From Stegostoma tigrinum (taxonomy: Eukaryota), in contig NC_081365.1 in assembly GCF_030684315.1 (NCBI RefSeq), positions 47,849,205 through 47,913,204 on the forward strand: DNA of 64,000 bases, written 5' to 3'. Shown in pieces: positions 42,101-54,300 of this stretch; position 1 is the first letter of the stretch; each line of letters opens with the position of its first letter. The position numbers and the translations under genes were made by a program. The notes under the pieces were generated by a model. It searched no databases. It worked only from the letters and a program-made list of their open reading frames with translations, and had not been told where the DNA came from.

Positions 42101-44557
42101 TAAGATAACAAAGTGTGTAGCTGGATGAACACAGCAGGCCAAGCAGCATCTCAGGAGCACAAAAGCTGACGTTTTGGGCCTAGACCCTTCATCAGAGAGG
42201 GGGTTGGGGAGAGGGTTCTGAAATAAATAGGGAGAGAGGGGGAGGCAGACCAAAGATGGATAGAGGAGAAGATAGGTGGAGAGGAGAGTATAGGTGGGAA
42301 GGTAGGGAGGGGATAGGTCAGTCCGGGGAGAACGGACAGGTCAAGGAGGTGGGATGAGGTTGGTAGGTGGGAAATGGAGGTGCGCTTGAGGTGGGAGGAG
42401 GGGATAGGTGAGAGGAAGAACAGGTTAGGGAGGCGGGGACGAGCTGGGCTGGTTTTGTGATGCAGCGGGGGGAGGGGACGAGCTGTGCTGGTTTTGGGAT
42501 GCAGTGTGGGAGGGAGATTTTGAAGCTAGTGAAGTCCACATTGATACCATTGGGCTGCAGGGTTCCCAAGAGGAATATGAGTTGCTGTTCCTGCATCATT
42601 GTGGCACTGCAGGAGGCCCATGATGGACAAGTCATCTAAGGAATGGGAGGGGGAGTTAAAATGGTATGCGACTGGGAGTGTAATTGTTTGTCTGGACTCC
42701 ATTTTCTCCCCATTGATCCAGGAACTCCCCACCTATGTCCGTGACACCACCCACGCCCTCCACCTCCTCCAGAAATTCCAATTCCCTGGCCCCCAACACC
42801 TCATTTTCACAATGGACGTCCAGTCCCTATACACCTGCATTCCTCATGCAGATGGCCTTAAGGCCCTCCACTTCTTCCTGTCCCGCAGGCCCGACCAGTC
42901 CCCCTCCGACACCCTCATCCACCTAGCCGAACTCACCCTCACCCTCAACAATATCTCTTTCGATTCCTCCCACTTCCTACAGACAAAGGGGATGGCCATG
43001 GGTACCCGCATGGGCCCAAGCTATGCCTGCCTCTTTGTAGGTTACGTGGAACAGTCCCTCTTCCGCACCTACACTGGCCCCAAACCCCACCTCTTAATCT
43101 GTTACATTGATGACTGTATCGGCGGCGCCTCTTGCTCCCAAGAGGAGCTCGAACAGTTCATCCACTTCACCAACACCTTCCACTCCAACCTCAAGTTCAC
43201 CTGGGCCATCTCCAACACATCCCTCACCTTCCTGGACCTCTCTGTCTCCATCTCAGGCAACTAGCTAGAAGCCGATGTCCACTTCAAGCCCACCAACTCC
43301 CACAGCTACCTAGATTACACCTCCTCCCACCCACCCTCCTGCAAAAATTCCATCCCCTATTCCCAATTCCTTTGCCTCCGCCGCATCTGCTCCCAGGATG
43401 AGGCATTCCACTCCCGCATATCCCAGATGTCCACGTTCTTCAAGGACCGCAACATCCCCCCCGCAGTGGTCGAGAACGCCCTTGACCGTGTCTCCCGCAT
43501 TTCCCACAACACATCCCTCACACCCCGCCCCCGCGATAGCCACCCTAAGAGAATCCCCCTCGTCCTCACATACCTCCGCACCAACCTCCGCGTATGACGC
43601 ATCATCCTCCGACACTTACGCCACCCACAATCCGACCCCATCACCCAAGACATTTTTCCATCCCCACCCTTGTCTGCCTTCCGGAGAGACAACTCTCTCT
43701 GTGACTCCCTTCCACACTCCACCACTCCGAGCACCTTCCCCTGCAACTGCAGGAAGTGCTACACTTGCCCCCACACTTCCTCGCTCACCCCCATCCCAGG
43801 CCCCAAGATGACTTTCCATATTAAGCAGATGTTCACCTGCACATCTGCCAATGTAGTATACTGTATCCACTGTACCCGGTGTGGCTTCCTCTACACTGGG
43901 GAAACCAAGCGAAGGCTTGGGGACCGCTTTGCAGAACACCTCCGCTCAGTTCGCAACAAACAACTGCACCTCCCAGTTGCGAACCATTTTAACTCCCCCT
44001 CCCATTCCTTAGACGACTTGTCCATCATGGGCCTCCTGCAGTGCCACAATGATGCCACCCGAAGGTTGCAGGAACAGCAACTCACATTCTGCTTGGGAAC
44101 CCTGCAGCCCAATGGTATCGATGTGGACTTCACTAACTTCAAAATCTCCCCCTCCCACACTGCATCACAAAACCAGCCTAGCTCATCCCTGCCTCCCTAA
44201 CTTGTTCTTCCTTTCACCTATCCCCTCCTCCCACCTCAAGCCGCACCTCCATTTCCCACCTACTAACCTCATCCCGCCTCCTTGACCTGTCCGTCCTCCC
44301 CAGACTGACCTAACCCCTCCCCACCTCCCCACCTATGCTCTCCTCTCCACCTATCTTCTCCTCTATCCATCTTCGGTCCGCCTGCCCCTCTCTCCCTATT
44401 TATTTCAGAACCGTCTTCCCAGTCCCCTCTCTGATGAAGGGTCTAGGCCCGAAACATCCGCTTTTGTGCTCCTGAGTTGCTGCTTGGCCTGCTGTGTTCA
44501 TCCAGCTTCACACTTTTTTATCTTGGATTCTCCAGCATCTGCAGTTCCCATTATCTC
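42101..44557 (+). mobile_element. Penelope-like retroelement (family A), 5'-truncated and degenerate, RT + GIY-YIG endonuclease, with inverted copy of its 3' end on the left
   Basis: RT motifs MDVQSLYT, GMAMGTRMGPSYA and YIDD; GIY-YIG/Zn region VVYCIHCTRCGFLYTGETKR...EH; in-frame stops. 42103-42677 is the reverse complement of about 43972-44525. Flanking direct repeat tctctctaacgaaa at 42086-42099 and 44556-44569. Confidence 0.93.
44429..44458 (+). ncRNA. Hammerhead motif in the 3' terminal repeat of the Penelope-like element
   Basis: CTGATGA-A-GGGTCTAGGCCC-GAAACATC (CpG-type G>A change in helix III). Confidence 0.55.
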
Positions 44558-44729
44558 TCTCTAACGAAAGTTCAGTTATTCACATCCTTTGAAAAATCGA
44601 GCTATTTTGTTTAGTTTTGGGAATTGTTCCATTGCAGCTTTTGAAGTTCGAGATTGCAAAATAAAGTCTATCTGACCATAATGAGGTGTTGCATTTTGTT
44701 CAACAAATAAGGGTAGGTCTTATGCTATT

Positions 44730-45320
44730 AAAGATAGGGCCTTAGGTAGTGTTGTAGAACGGAGGGACCTGAGGGTGCAGGTACATAATTTTTTGAAGTT
44801 TGCATCACATATAGACAGAGTGGTTATAAAGGAGTTTGGCGCTTCATTTCTCAGCCCTTTGAGTACTGGAATTGGGAAGTCATGTTAAAATTGTACAGGA
44901 CGTTGGTATTGCGTCCACTTCTGGTCACTCAGTTACAAGAAGAATGTTAAAAGCTGGAGAGGGTTCAGAAGAGATTTACCAGGATGTTGCTGGGTATGGA
45001 AGGTGTGTATTATAAAGAATGGCTGGATAGGCTGGGACATTTTTCACTGGTGCATAGGAGGTTAAGAGACAACCTGACAGACATTTATAAAATAATAAAA
45101 GGTGTAGACCGAGTTAATGGTAGTTGTCTTTCTCTTAGGATGGCGTATTTCAAGATTATAGGAAGCACATTTTTAAGGTGAAATGAGAGAGATTTAAAAA
45201 TGACATAACAGGCAAATTTTTTACAGAGTGTGGAATTAACTTCCTGAGGAAGTGGTGGATGCGGGTACAGTTACAATATTGAAAAGACTGAAGGGTCTGT
45301 TTCTGTGCTATATGACTTTA
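44730..45320 (+). mobile_element. CR1 3' fragment
   Basis: LDRLGHFSL..RRLR..L..IYKI motif. Confidence 0.78.
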
Positions 45321-46369
45321 TAATGATTAACTATCAGGAATCAAATATTCTGAATCATTAAAACGCACTGTTGCAGTGTTGTACAATTGTTATAAAAACA
45401 TTTCCTTGAAATATGGCTCTGATTTACTTGGAATATGCCAGAAGATGTGAATGTACTGGCAAATTATATTTTACAGTCTAAATATGTGAGGGATTTGGAA
45501 GAAAAAATAATCAATCAAATAGTATCCCACCTTAAATTCCAGAATCTACACACTTGGATTATTGGCATACACAAAATAATTAATTTAAATTCAAAAGAAA
45601 CTAATGAGCTTTTTACACTCTCTGTTACACTTTGCCTTCCCAGGGCTATGTTGCGTAACCAGACTTTTAGCATTTTCACCCCCACAGCAAATCTGCAACC
45701 ACCTGTGCCAACCCAATCAATTCTGGGAGAGTGTTCGATTGATGCAACCGGACCAATGAAATGCTGACACCTGATAGCATTCAAGTGCATCTGTTCAGCC
45801 TTCTCTAGGACATTCTGCACCACACGCCCACTTGCCACTAGCAATGAAAATAAGCAGCAGGTGGTAGGAAATAAGAGTTGGCTTATCTACAAAACTGTTT
45901 ACTATTGATTTTCAGAATTGCCTTTTATATTAAAAAAGTTGGACTTGACTCCAAACCCCTAACCCAGTACCAATCACCACCCCCTGCCCTGAAAAACCCC
46001 GATGTTTTGCATCTTGTGCACCATCTTCTCTTAGGACCTAGCATGGAGGAGGAAATTCAGAGATTGTGGGATAAATTAAGCAGAAGACCTCCAAAGGAAA
46101 GAGCAAATGAAGTGGAATGATATATGGTACTTAAATCAATCAAGTATAAAGCACTACATATAGGAAAAGAATAAAGGGGCCCACATATGGATTCAATGAA
46201 AGTTGTTGCAATGGCTTTAAGAATAGCTGCCTATCACTGTATAATTCCACCACAATAGGCTTAAAACCTCCAAACCTAAGGAAAGCTTGAGCCAATTCTA
46301 CCACAGAGTCCTCCCCAGTTTCCCAATAAGAGAAATCCACAAAACAAACTGACCAAATGATGAGACAGC

Positions 46370-47685
46370 AAGAATGGCAGATGCTGGAGTCAGAGACAAC
46401 AAAGTGTGGAACAAAAACAGAGTTGCTAGAAAAGCTCAGAAGGAAAAGCTCTGTGAAGGAAAAAACAGAGTTAATGTTTCAGGTCCAGTGACCCTTCCTC
46501 AGAACTTAGGAAGCTGAACTCTGTTTTTTTCCTTCACAGATGCTGCCAGACCTGCTGAGCTTTTCCAGCAACTTTGTTCTTGTTCCTGATTTACAGCATT
46601 CACAGTTCTTTTGGTTTTTATAACAAAGCATGGAGCTGGGGGAACAGTGCAGGAAAACTGATGTTTTGGATTGGAACTCTTCTTCAGAAGTAGGGAAGGG
46701 AGTTCAGAAATAGAGAGGAGGGGTGGGGCTGGAGAAGGTAGGTGGGGTGGTGACAGGTGGGTGCAGGTAGGGAGTGGTTAGGATTGGTCAATGATGTGGG
46801 AATGGCGGATAGGTGGGAGAGAGGACAGGTGAGGGGAGTTAAAATGGTGTTTAAAAGGGAGTTAAAAGTTGAGGGGAGAGAGGTAGACAGGTTGTGTCAG
46901 GTCGGGGGGTGGGTTGGACATGGGATGAAGCCGGGGTGGGGAAATTTTGAAACTGGTAAAATACACATTCAGGCCATTGGGCTGTAGGCTCTCGAGGCGG
47001 AATATGAGGTGCTGATCCTTCAATGCGTGTGGTGTTATTGTGACACTGGAGGAGGCCCAAGATGGATATGTCACCTAGGGAGTGGGAGGGGTGTTAAAAT
47101 GTTTTGTGACTTGTTGTTTGTCACATACAGAGCACAGATGTTCTACAAACAGTCAGTGAGTCTTTGTTTGGTCTCACCGATGTAGACGAGGCCACATTGG
47201 GAGCAGAGGATGCAGTCGACCAAATTGATGACCATGCAGGTGAACCATGTCTGATGTCGAAGGTTTTTTTTCTTGAATGGAGTTGAGGGTGGAGGTGTAG
47301 GGGCAGGTGTAGCACTTCCTGCGGTTATGGGGAAAGTGCCAGGGGTGTTGGGGCTAGTGGGAAGTGTGGGGTGGATGAGGGAGCCGTGGACAGACCAGTC
47401 CCTACAAAAGGCATATAGTGGCGGGGAGGGAAATATATCTTTGGTTGTGGGGTCAGATTGTAGGTGGCAGAAGTGGTGGAGAACGATACATTGGATGCGG
47501 AGGTTGGTGGGATGATATGTGAGGACAAGGGGGATTCTGTCTTTATTTTCGTTATTGTTTGGGGAGGTGATGTGAGAGCAGAGGTGTGGGAAATGCAAGA
47601 GATGCGTTTGGGGGCATTTTCAATCACTGGAGGGGGGACGTTACACTCCTTCAAATGGGGGGACATCTGGGATGTGTGGGAGTAG
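46370..47685 (-). mobile_element. Older Penelope-like element fragment (GIY-YIG region + terminal repeat) with a nested family-B palindrome
   Basis: ORF 47143-47598 RIPLVLTYHP...CILCSQCGLVYIGETKQRL; terminal repeat related to family A. Confidence 0.85.
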
Positions 47686-48233
47686 ATTGTGGTTTATTCC
47701 CCAACAGCTACATGCATAAATTTGTCTGGTGGGATTTCAGAGAGACCTTGGAGTTGAAATATCTCTAGCCACGTTTCTGAAGCATTGAGATAGTTTTCTA
47801 ATTCACCTTGTTACCTAGGATAAAACTCAGCAACTCTAATTTTCTTAAATTTAGAATTGATTTTAGCATGCATTCAAACAACATTAAGATTGTAAGATAC
47901 TAGCCCTGAATTTGCTAGAAGAGTGACTGCAAGTTTAATGTGCAATCATTCTTAGTGCAAAAACAACCCAACAAATTAGAATGCAGAAGATTTGCCTTGA
48001 TCTGCAAATTGCCAGGATGATTTGTGCCAGTCAGCATTAGTCTTGTGAAATGGAACAATTTGTTAGTGATCTATGGTTGCAGATAATTAAGGGTGATACA
48101 TAACAGTAAGACCATTTTTAATAATGATATTTCTGTTACTGCATTGTCATTTAATCTCAACCCAGAAAGGAACAACTGAAATTGAGTTTCATTCTTGCAG
48201 GTTGTTGTTCTTGTCTGACCTGTTTTCACTCAA

Positions 48234-48239
48234 TTTATT
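48234..48239 (-). terminator. Candidate polyadenylation signal AATAAA of the CD200-like gene
   Basis: Plus-strand tttatt, about 93 nt after the stop codon. Confidence 0.4.
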
Positions 48240-48331
48240 TCTGTCATTTGTTTCTTTTCTTATCCTTACATTTCACCAAAGAGATACACTGTTGGTTCTG
48301 TCATACATGAAGATCACCAGATGCCCATTTA

Positions 48332-48383
48332 CTAGTGACAGATCACGCTTTCACCAATTCTTGGGTAAAACAAATGTTTTGAG
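48332..48383 (-). CDS. Exon 5, cytoplasmic tail (S)SKHLFYPRIGESVICH* with ITIM-like LFYPRI
   Basis: Acceptor ttttttccccttggacctcag after a 92-nt intron. Phase 2 fits, TAG at 48334-48332, AATAAA about 93 nt downstream. Confidence 0.72.
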
Positions 48384-51300
48384 CTGAGGTCCAAGGGGAA
48401 AAAATAATCTAACAAACTGCACAACAGTTGATTTTCATTTCCAGAAAATTGTGTAAATTAATGAAGTTCACTTACCTTAGCTGGCATCTCTTTTTGTAGC
48501 ACTGTTGGCTGGACATTAGTATAACTATCAGAATTGCTACCAGTACTAAAACAATCCAAGTATGGTGCTGCGTGTTATTTGGTGATGTGTGCGCTGCAAA
48601 GAGGTAAAAGGGAAATATAAGTATCCTAGCTGAAAATTGGAATTAAATACACAGTGAATGGAGACCAGTAAAATATCTTGCATTCTCTTGCATACTTCAC
48701 CAATCTGAAATTTTACAGGGAGTGGGTGTTTTCAGCTCATTTGGAATATTGAGGCTGCTGGGAGCAAATTACAGATGAGGGGGAAGTTTCTTGTGTCACC
48801 TGACATGGGCCTCAGATGAGGTTTCTCCACCCTGGGTGCTCCCTCTATGCCTGATATTGCCATTGTGACCCCCTCACTCCTCATCATGCCCAGGTTTCCC
48901 ATTCTGTTTGCCGCTTTATGTTTCATGGTCAGTGTACGTTTAAGAGACATGCATGATATCATCATGAGTGCATGATAGCATCCAAGCATGTGACCCAAGT
49001 TATAAGAATCTCAGACTCCCTATTATCCTGGAAATCATTTAAAACATAGCATGATAACATGTATGTTGTTCTATTTTTAACTTAATAGCTCAATATGAGC
49101 CCAAACACTGATGTGCCTGTGAATGTAATATTTGTAGATGTTAGTGACCTGTAATGATCATTGTTGGATTCTTCAAAAACACAGTATCTCTGTCTATTTT
49201 GAAGTTAACATTAACATTCCCACATTCCTGCACCCTTTCCAATTTAATAACATCATTCCTATAGCAGAACACCCGAAATGCATACAGTAGCCTGGAAGTG
49301 GCCTCATCAATATCCTGCTCGGCCACAACATTACATCCCAACTCAAAGCTCTGACCAATGAAGGTAAGCATGGCGAATACCTTCTTCACCACCCTGTCCT
49401 CCTGTGGCACCACTTTCAAGGAAGTATGTGCCTGAACCCCTAGGTCTCTCTGTCTGGCAACACTGCCCAGGGCCTTACAATTAACCATATAAGTTCTGCC
49501 CTGATTTGCCTTACCAAATGCAACATCTCACATGTATCTGAACTCCATTTGCCACTCCTTGGTCTAGTGGTCCAGCTGATCAAGATCTTGTTGTCCTTGT
49601 AGATAATCTTCCCTACTGCCCACTGTAACACCAATTTTGGTGTCTTCTGCAAACTTACTAACGATGCTTCTTATATTCTCTTCCAAATTGTTTATATAAA
49701 TGAAAAACAACAGTGGACCCACCATTGATCCATGCAGAACACCACAGGTTGCAGCCTTCCAGTCAAAAAACCAACCTTCTACCCTCTGTCTCCTATCAAA
49801 GTCCCAGAAATGTTTTATATGTATCAAATTGTAAACAGTTGTGCTATAAACTCTCTTTCTCCTTCTGAGATGCAAGTGAATTGGGATCAATGATAGGTAA
49901 TTAACATTTACTAGATATAAGGATAAGGTGTCTCACAGTTGCTTCCACTGCCGCCTTTCCCATGGCAGTCTTGAGATCATAAGTTATAGGCTTCCCTAGC
50001 TATCGAAGTCTATCTCAGACAGAGAGCATCATTAGATTTGCAGGGAGAAGCAGATGCTGTGTTTTGTCAGCCACCAAAGTTGGATACAGGAGGGGAAAGT
50101 CTCTAGTTAGAGTAAGGACCATGTGAGGATAGCACCCTAAGACAGGGAGTTAACATTACCAAGAGCAGCAGTCAAGAAACAGGCAGTCAGAGATGGAGCT
50201 AGATTCACTAGGGGTGATTGTTAGCAGAGTTGCAATAGGGAAAGGTTGCTCTCTAAGGATTTTTAACTACAGTTTACTGATGACTAGAAAGTATAATACC
50301 CCGGCACTTAGTGCCTCACAAATAATGTATGGAGTAAATCAAGAGCATTGGAAATGTACTGAAGCACTTCAGTGTAAAACATATAGAGCACTTTCTGGAA
50401 GAAATACTTTCACCAAGCTGTATAGCTGCATGCGCTCCAATGTCCCACTCATGACGACTGGTGTGCTGACGCTATTTGCAGCATTGACTTCTGGTTGACT
50501 TAGAAGTCACTATTGCACATGGGCCCAAGGTGTTCACAAAAGAAGAAAAAGGAAATTAGGAGGAACACTGTCTGTAAGTTGTAATTTGAAATGTTTTGCC
50601 CTTGGGCTGCACATCTGATTCCTATTTGGATGAGTGCTGTCTGAAGGCGAATGAGCGCTGTCTGAGGGTGGATGAGCTGACCATGGTATTGTGACAGACA
50701 GTCATTCAATTGGGTGAGCAATACAGATGTAGCAATACGTGATTGAGTAGTGAGGTGGATTGAAACTGTTCTCTGTCACAAAGAGGACCACATCAGACAG
50801 CAGTGTTGCATGCTCAGCATCATGATTCAGGACATCTACTCAGGGCTGAAGAGAAACTTGTAGTGAGACGAGCGGAGGATCCAGTGGACGTGGTGCATGT
50901 AGGTACCAATGAGAAGGATTGATTGAGGGAAAAAGCTGCATTCCTGATGAGGAATGTGTTTGCAAAAATAGGTGAATGCAAACAATTGTACTTGCATTTT
51001 CTTGAAAAGGGCCGTAATATTTAAATTGAAATGTTCATGCAATACTTTTGTTTACAGATTTTATGACTAAAGTATATTTTTGCATAACATAGTTCTACAG
51101 AGAAAAGAGCAAGCTGTTTGGTGAGTCTCTGGTACCTGGTTAAGCTATTTTCTATTCTTAAGCTTTAGCATTGTATACAAATTGATGGTAAAGTTAATAC
51201 AATATACAAAACGCAAGAGAAATTCATGAATATTTAATTAAATTAATTGAATTCATTAATGATGTCAGTTAATGTGCAAAGTTTATCATGCAGGAGCTCC

Positions 51301-54300
51301 TGGATACCATTTATGATCCAGGGCAGACACCTCTTCGGTAAGTGTTTATTGTTCGAGCAGTTTCGACTCAGAGTTTATTGAATGGAGACTGAATTACAAA
51401 CACTACATACCAGAGACAGAGATAGTCACTTGGATTCTTTCCACCAGAAAGCAGTCACACTAATAAGGATAGGGTATTGTAATTTGATCAGTGCTCAGGG
51501 ACAGGAAAACTAGACGGTGAGTGACGGAGTTATGGAATGAAGTCAGAGTGGCAGTCTCTGCAATTGTCCATTGAGTTTTCTCAGGGTGTTTGGATAAGGC
51601 TGTGGGCTGCAGGGTGAATATGCAAACTGACCATGGTATTGGAAGCCATTCAAATCGGGGAGCAGAAAGAAAGATAGTCATAGTAGGTGATACTATAATG
51701 AGGGCATTGACACAGATCACAGAAGGAGTGGGAGTCTAACAATAATGTTTCCTGCCCAGGTCAATGGTTCGGGAAATCTATTTAGAGTTGAAAAGGCACT
51801 TGCAGTTGGAAGGGGAGGATACAGTGATCGAAATCTATGTTGGCACCAATGACACAGAGAATGGTGGCACGGTGGCTCAATGGTTAGCACTGCTGCCTCA
51901 CAGTGCCAGGGGCCTAGGTTCGATTCCAACCTTGTGCAAACTCCACACAGTTGTCCATTCTCCCTGTGTCTGTGTGGGTTTCCTCCACGTGCTCTGGTTT
52001 CCTCCCACAGCCCAAAGATGTGCAGGCTAAGTGGATTGGCCATGCTAAATTGCCCATAGTGTTCAGGGATGTGTAGATTAGGTGGTTATGGAGGGATGAT
52101 TCTGGGTGGGATCCACTGAGGGTCAGTGTGGACATGTTGGGCCAAAGGGCCTATTTCCACACTATAGGGATACTAAGGAAAGAAACTAAGACTAAAAAGA
52201 TCCAGGAAAGAGGTGCAGCATAGAGAATATGAGAAGCTGGGCGTTAAATTAAAATGCAAAACCTTGAAGTTTATAAACTCTGGGCTATTACCTGAGCTTC
52301 CTGTAAATTAGCATAGAGTACATGAAATTAAAGAAGTGAATATGTGGTTCAAAGACTGGCACAGAGGAGAAGTCATTAAATATTTTTATGGCAGAATGGA
52401 TAATAGAGATGTGGTGGAAGGTCAGCAATGTGAATTGAAAACTCTAAATCTCTCTCTTCACAGCTAATTACTGATCTGCTAAATATTTACAGTAATTTTG
52501 TTTTATTGTTTAACTTAATGGTACTGTAATGAGGTTCACTTTCCTGGTTTCAAGTATTTTTATATACATATTTATAGTCAGTCTTACCATATACGGTGAG
52601 GCATGTCTTCCCGATGTTCTGGCCAGTTCTCGATGTATTAAAGACACAGTGATAACATCCTTCATCTTCAAGCCTTACTCCAGACAGTACAATAGTAGAT
52701 ACTTGTACCCTTGACGGTTTGAAAGCTGCTCTACCACTAAATGACACCGAAAAACTGCCTCCGGTTTTTTCACTAAATGTAGCAATATTATCCTCAGATT
52801 GACCATTTAACTTTTGCCAAGTGACGTCTAGAATATCTTTTAAATAAGACGTGCAGCTGAAGGTTACATTTCCACCTAAAACTGCTGTGATATTCTCCTG
52901 TGTCTCCACGTTTACATCCTTTGCTGTGGAATTAAAAAAAACTGTATCAATTGTTACATTAATAATTTACAGCAAAGTATTTTGAGGTTTACATACTGGA
53001 CAAATTAGTATGTTCAAATAATGGACACTTTATATCAATGGGTCTCAGCGGTAGCACACTCACCTCTGAGTCAGAGTTGGTTCAAGTTACATTCCAGAGA
53101 ATGACTTTACACTGACCCTATCAGTGCTGAGAGACTTCTGGACTATTGGAGGTGCTCTCTTTCAGCTGAGATGCTACACACAAGCCCCATCTACCTTTTT
53201 GGTAGAAAGTAACAGATAGCATGACCGTCCTTGGTGAAGAATGGGGAAGTTTACCTTAGTGTCTTGTCAATATTAATGCCTCTGCCAACTGTATTTAAAC
53301 AGATTATTTGTCCCTCGATTTTGTCAGTTCATTACAGGCAAATCAATAGTTGTCACATTCTGTTAGATGCTGTTACCTTTTTGCTTATTTTTAGGAATAT
53401 AGTCAGAAGGAGTAGAAGCACTGAACATTATCTTCAGAGAGAAGATTGCCATCTCCACTATGCTATTGGCCATATTTTAATTAAAAATAATGCCCAGTTC
53501 CACCTGGACTTATCTTAGAATCCCTACAGTGTGGAAACAGGCCCTTTGGCCCATCAAGTCCACACTGACCCTCAGAGAATCTCACCCAGAACCATCCCCC
53601 TACTCTTTCCCTGTAACCCACCTAATCTACACATCTCTGAGCAATATGGGCAATTTAGCATGGCCAATCCACCCAGCCTGCACTTCTTTGGACTGTTGGA
53701 GGAAACCGGAGCACCCAGAAGAAACCCATACCGACACAGGGAGAATGTGCAAACTCCACACAGTGGTCCAGGGCTGGAATCAAACCCAGGTTCCTGGTGC
53801 AGTGAGACAGCATTGCTAACCACTGTGCCACCATCCCATGCCCTTCTTGTGCAAGAATTAACTGTAAGGCCCATGTGCTTTAAATAACACCCACTGCCCT
53901 AAGTTCTGTGCATATTTCAGTATGTCTTTGGTCCCTTGTTACTGTATTATAACTAATCCAATTTTTTAAAATTCAAACTATAATACTTAAGATCGATCAT
54001 ATTATTTCTGGCCAGATTTAGCAGCAATAATGGCAGAGAAAACTGATAGAAAATTAGATAATAAGTTTAATACGTTTCCCCTCACTTTCTGTGGTACTTT
54101 CCATTTCCTATTAAAAAATTTCAGGAAAAATATTGGGACTGATTTTTGTGGAAATTTGGCTGTTGCTTATTAGTTAGTGAGCTGTGAGAGAAATATCTGG
54201 CATTCTGATGCTCTTAAAATGTATGTTTCCTAACATGTTCTCTAGGACAGAGGTGCACAACAGTTTACCTATAATCCGCTTACACTGATAAGCAGTAAAT

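Noticed and set aside
45435-46340. ORFs of 66-110 aa on both strands
   Set aside because: No recognisable domains or consistent splice context; likely decayed repeat or chance ORFs.
51862-51930. tRNA gene
   Set aside because: The A/B boxes belong to the tRNA-derived head of an HE1 SINE; no full cloverleaf.
48600-52580. Hidden IgC2 exon of a canonical CD200
   Set aside because: The interval is accounted for mainly by CR1, esterase-ORF1 and SINE remnants. No roughly 280-nt phase 1-1 open exon with Ig cysteines was seen on manual inspection.
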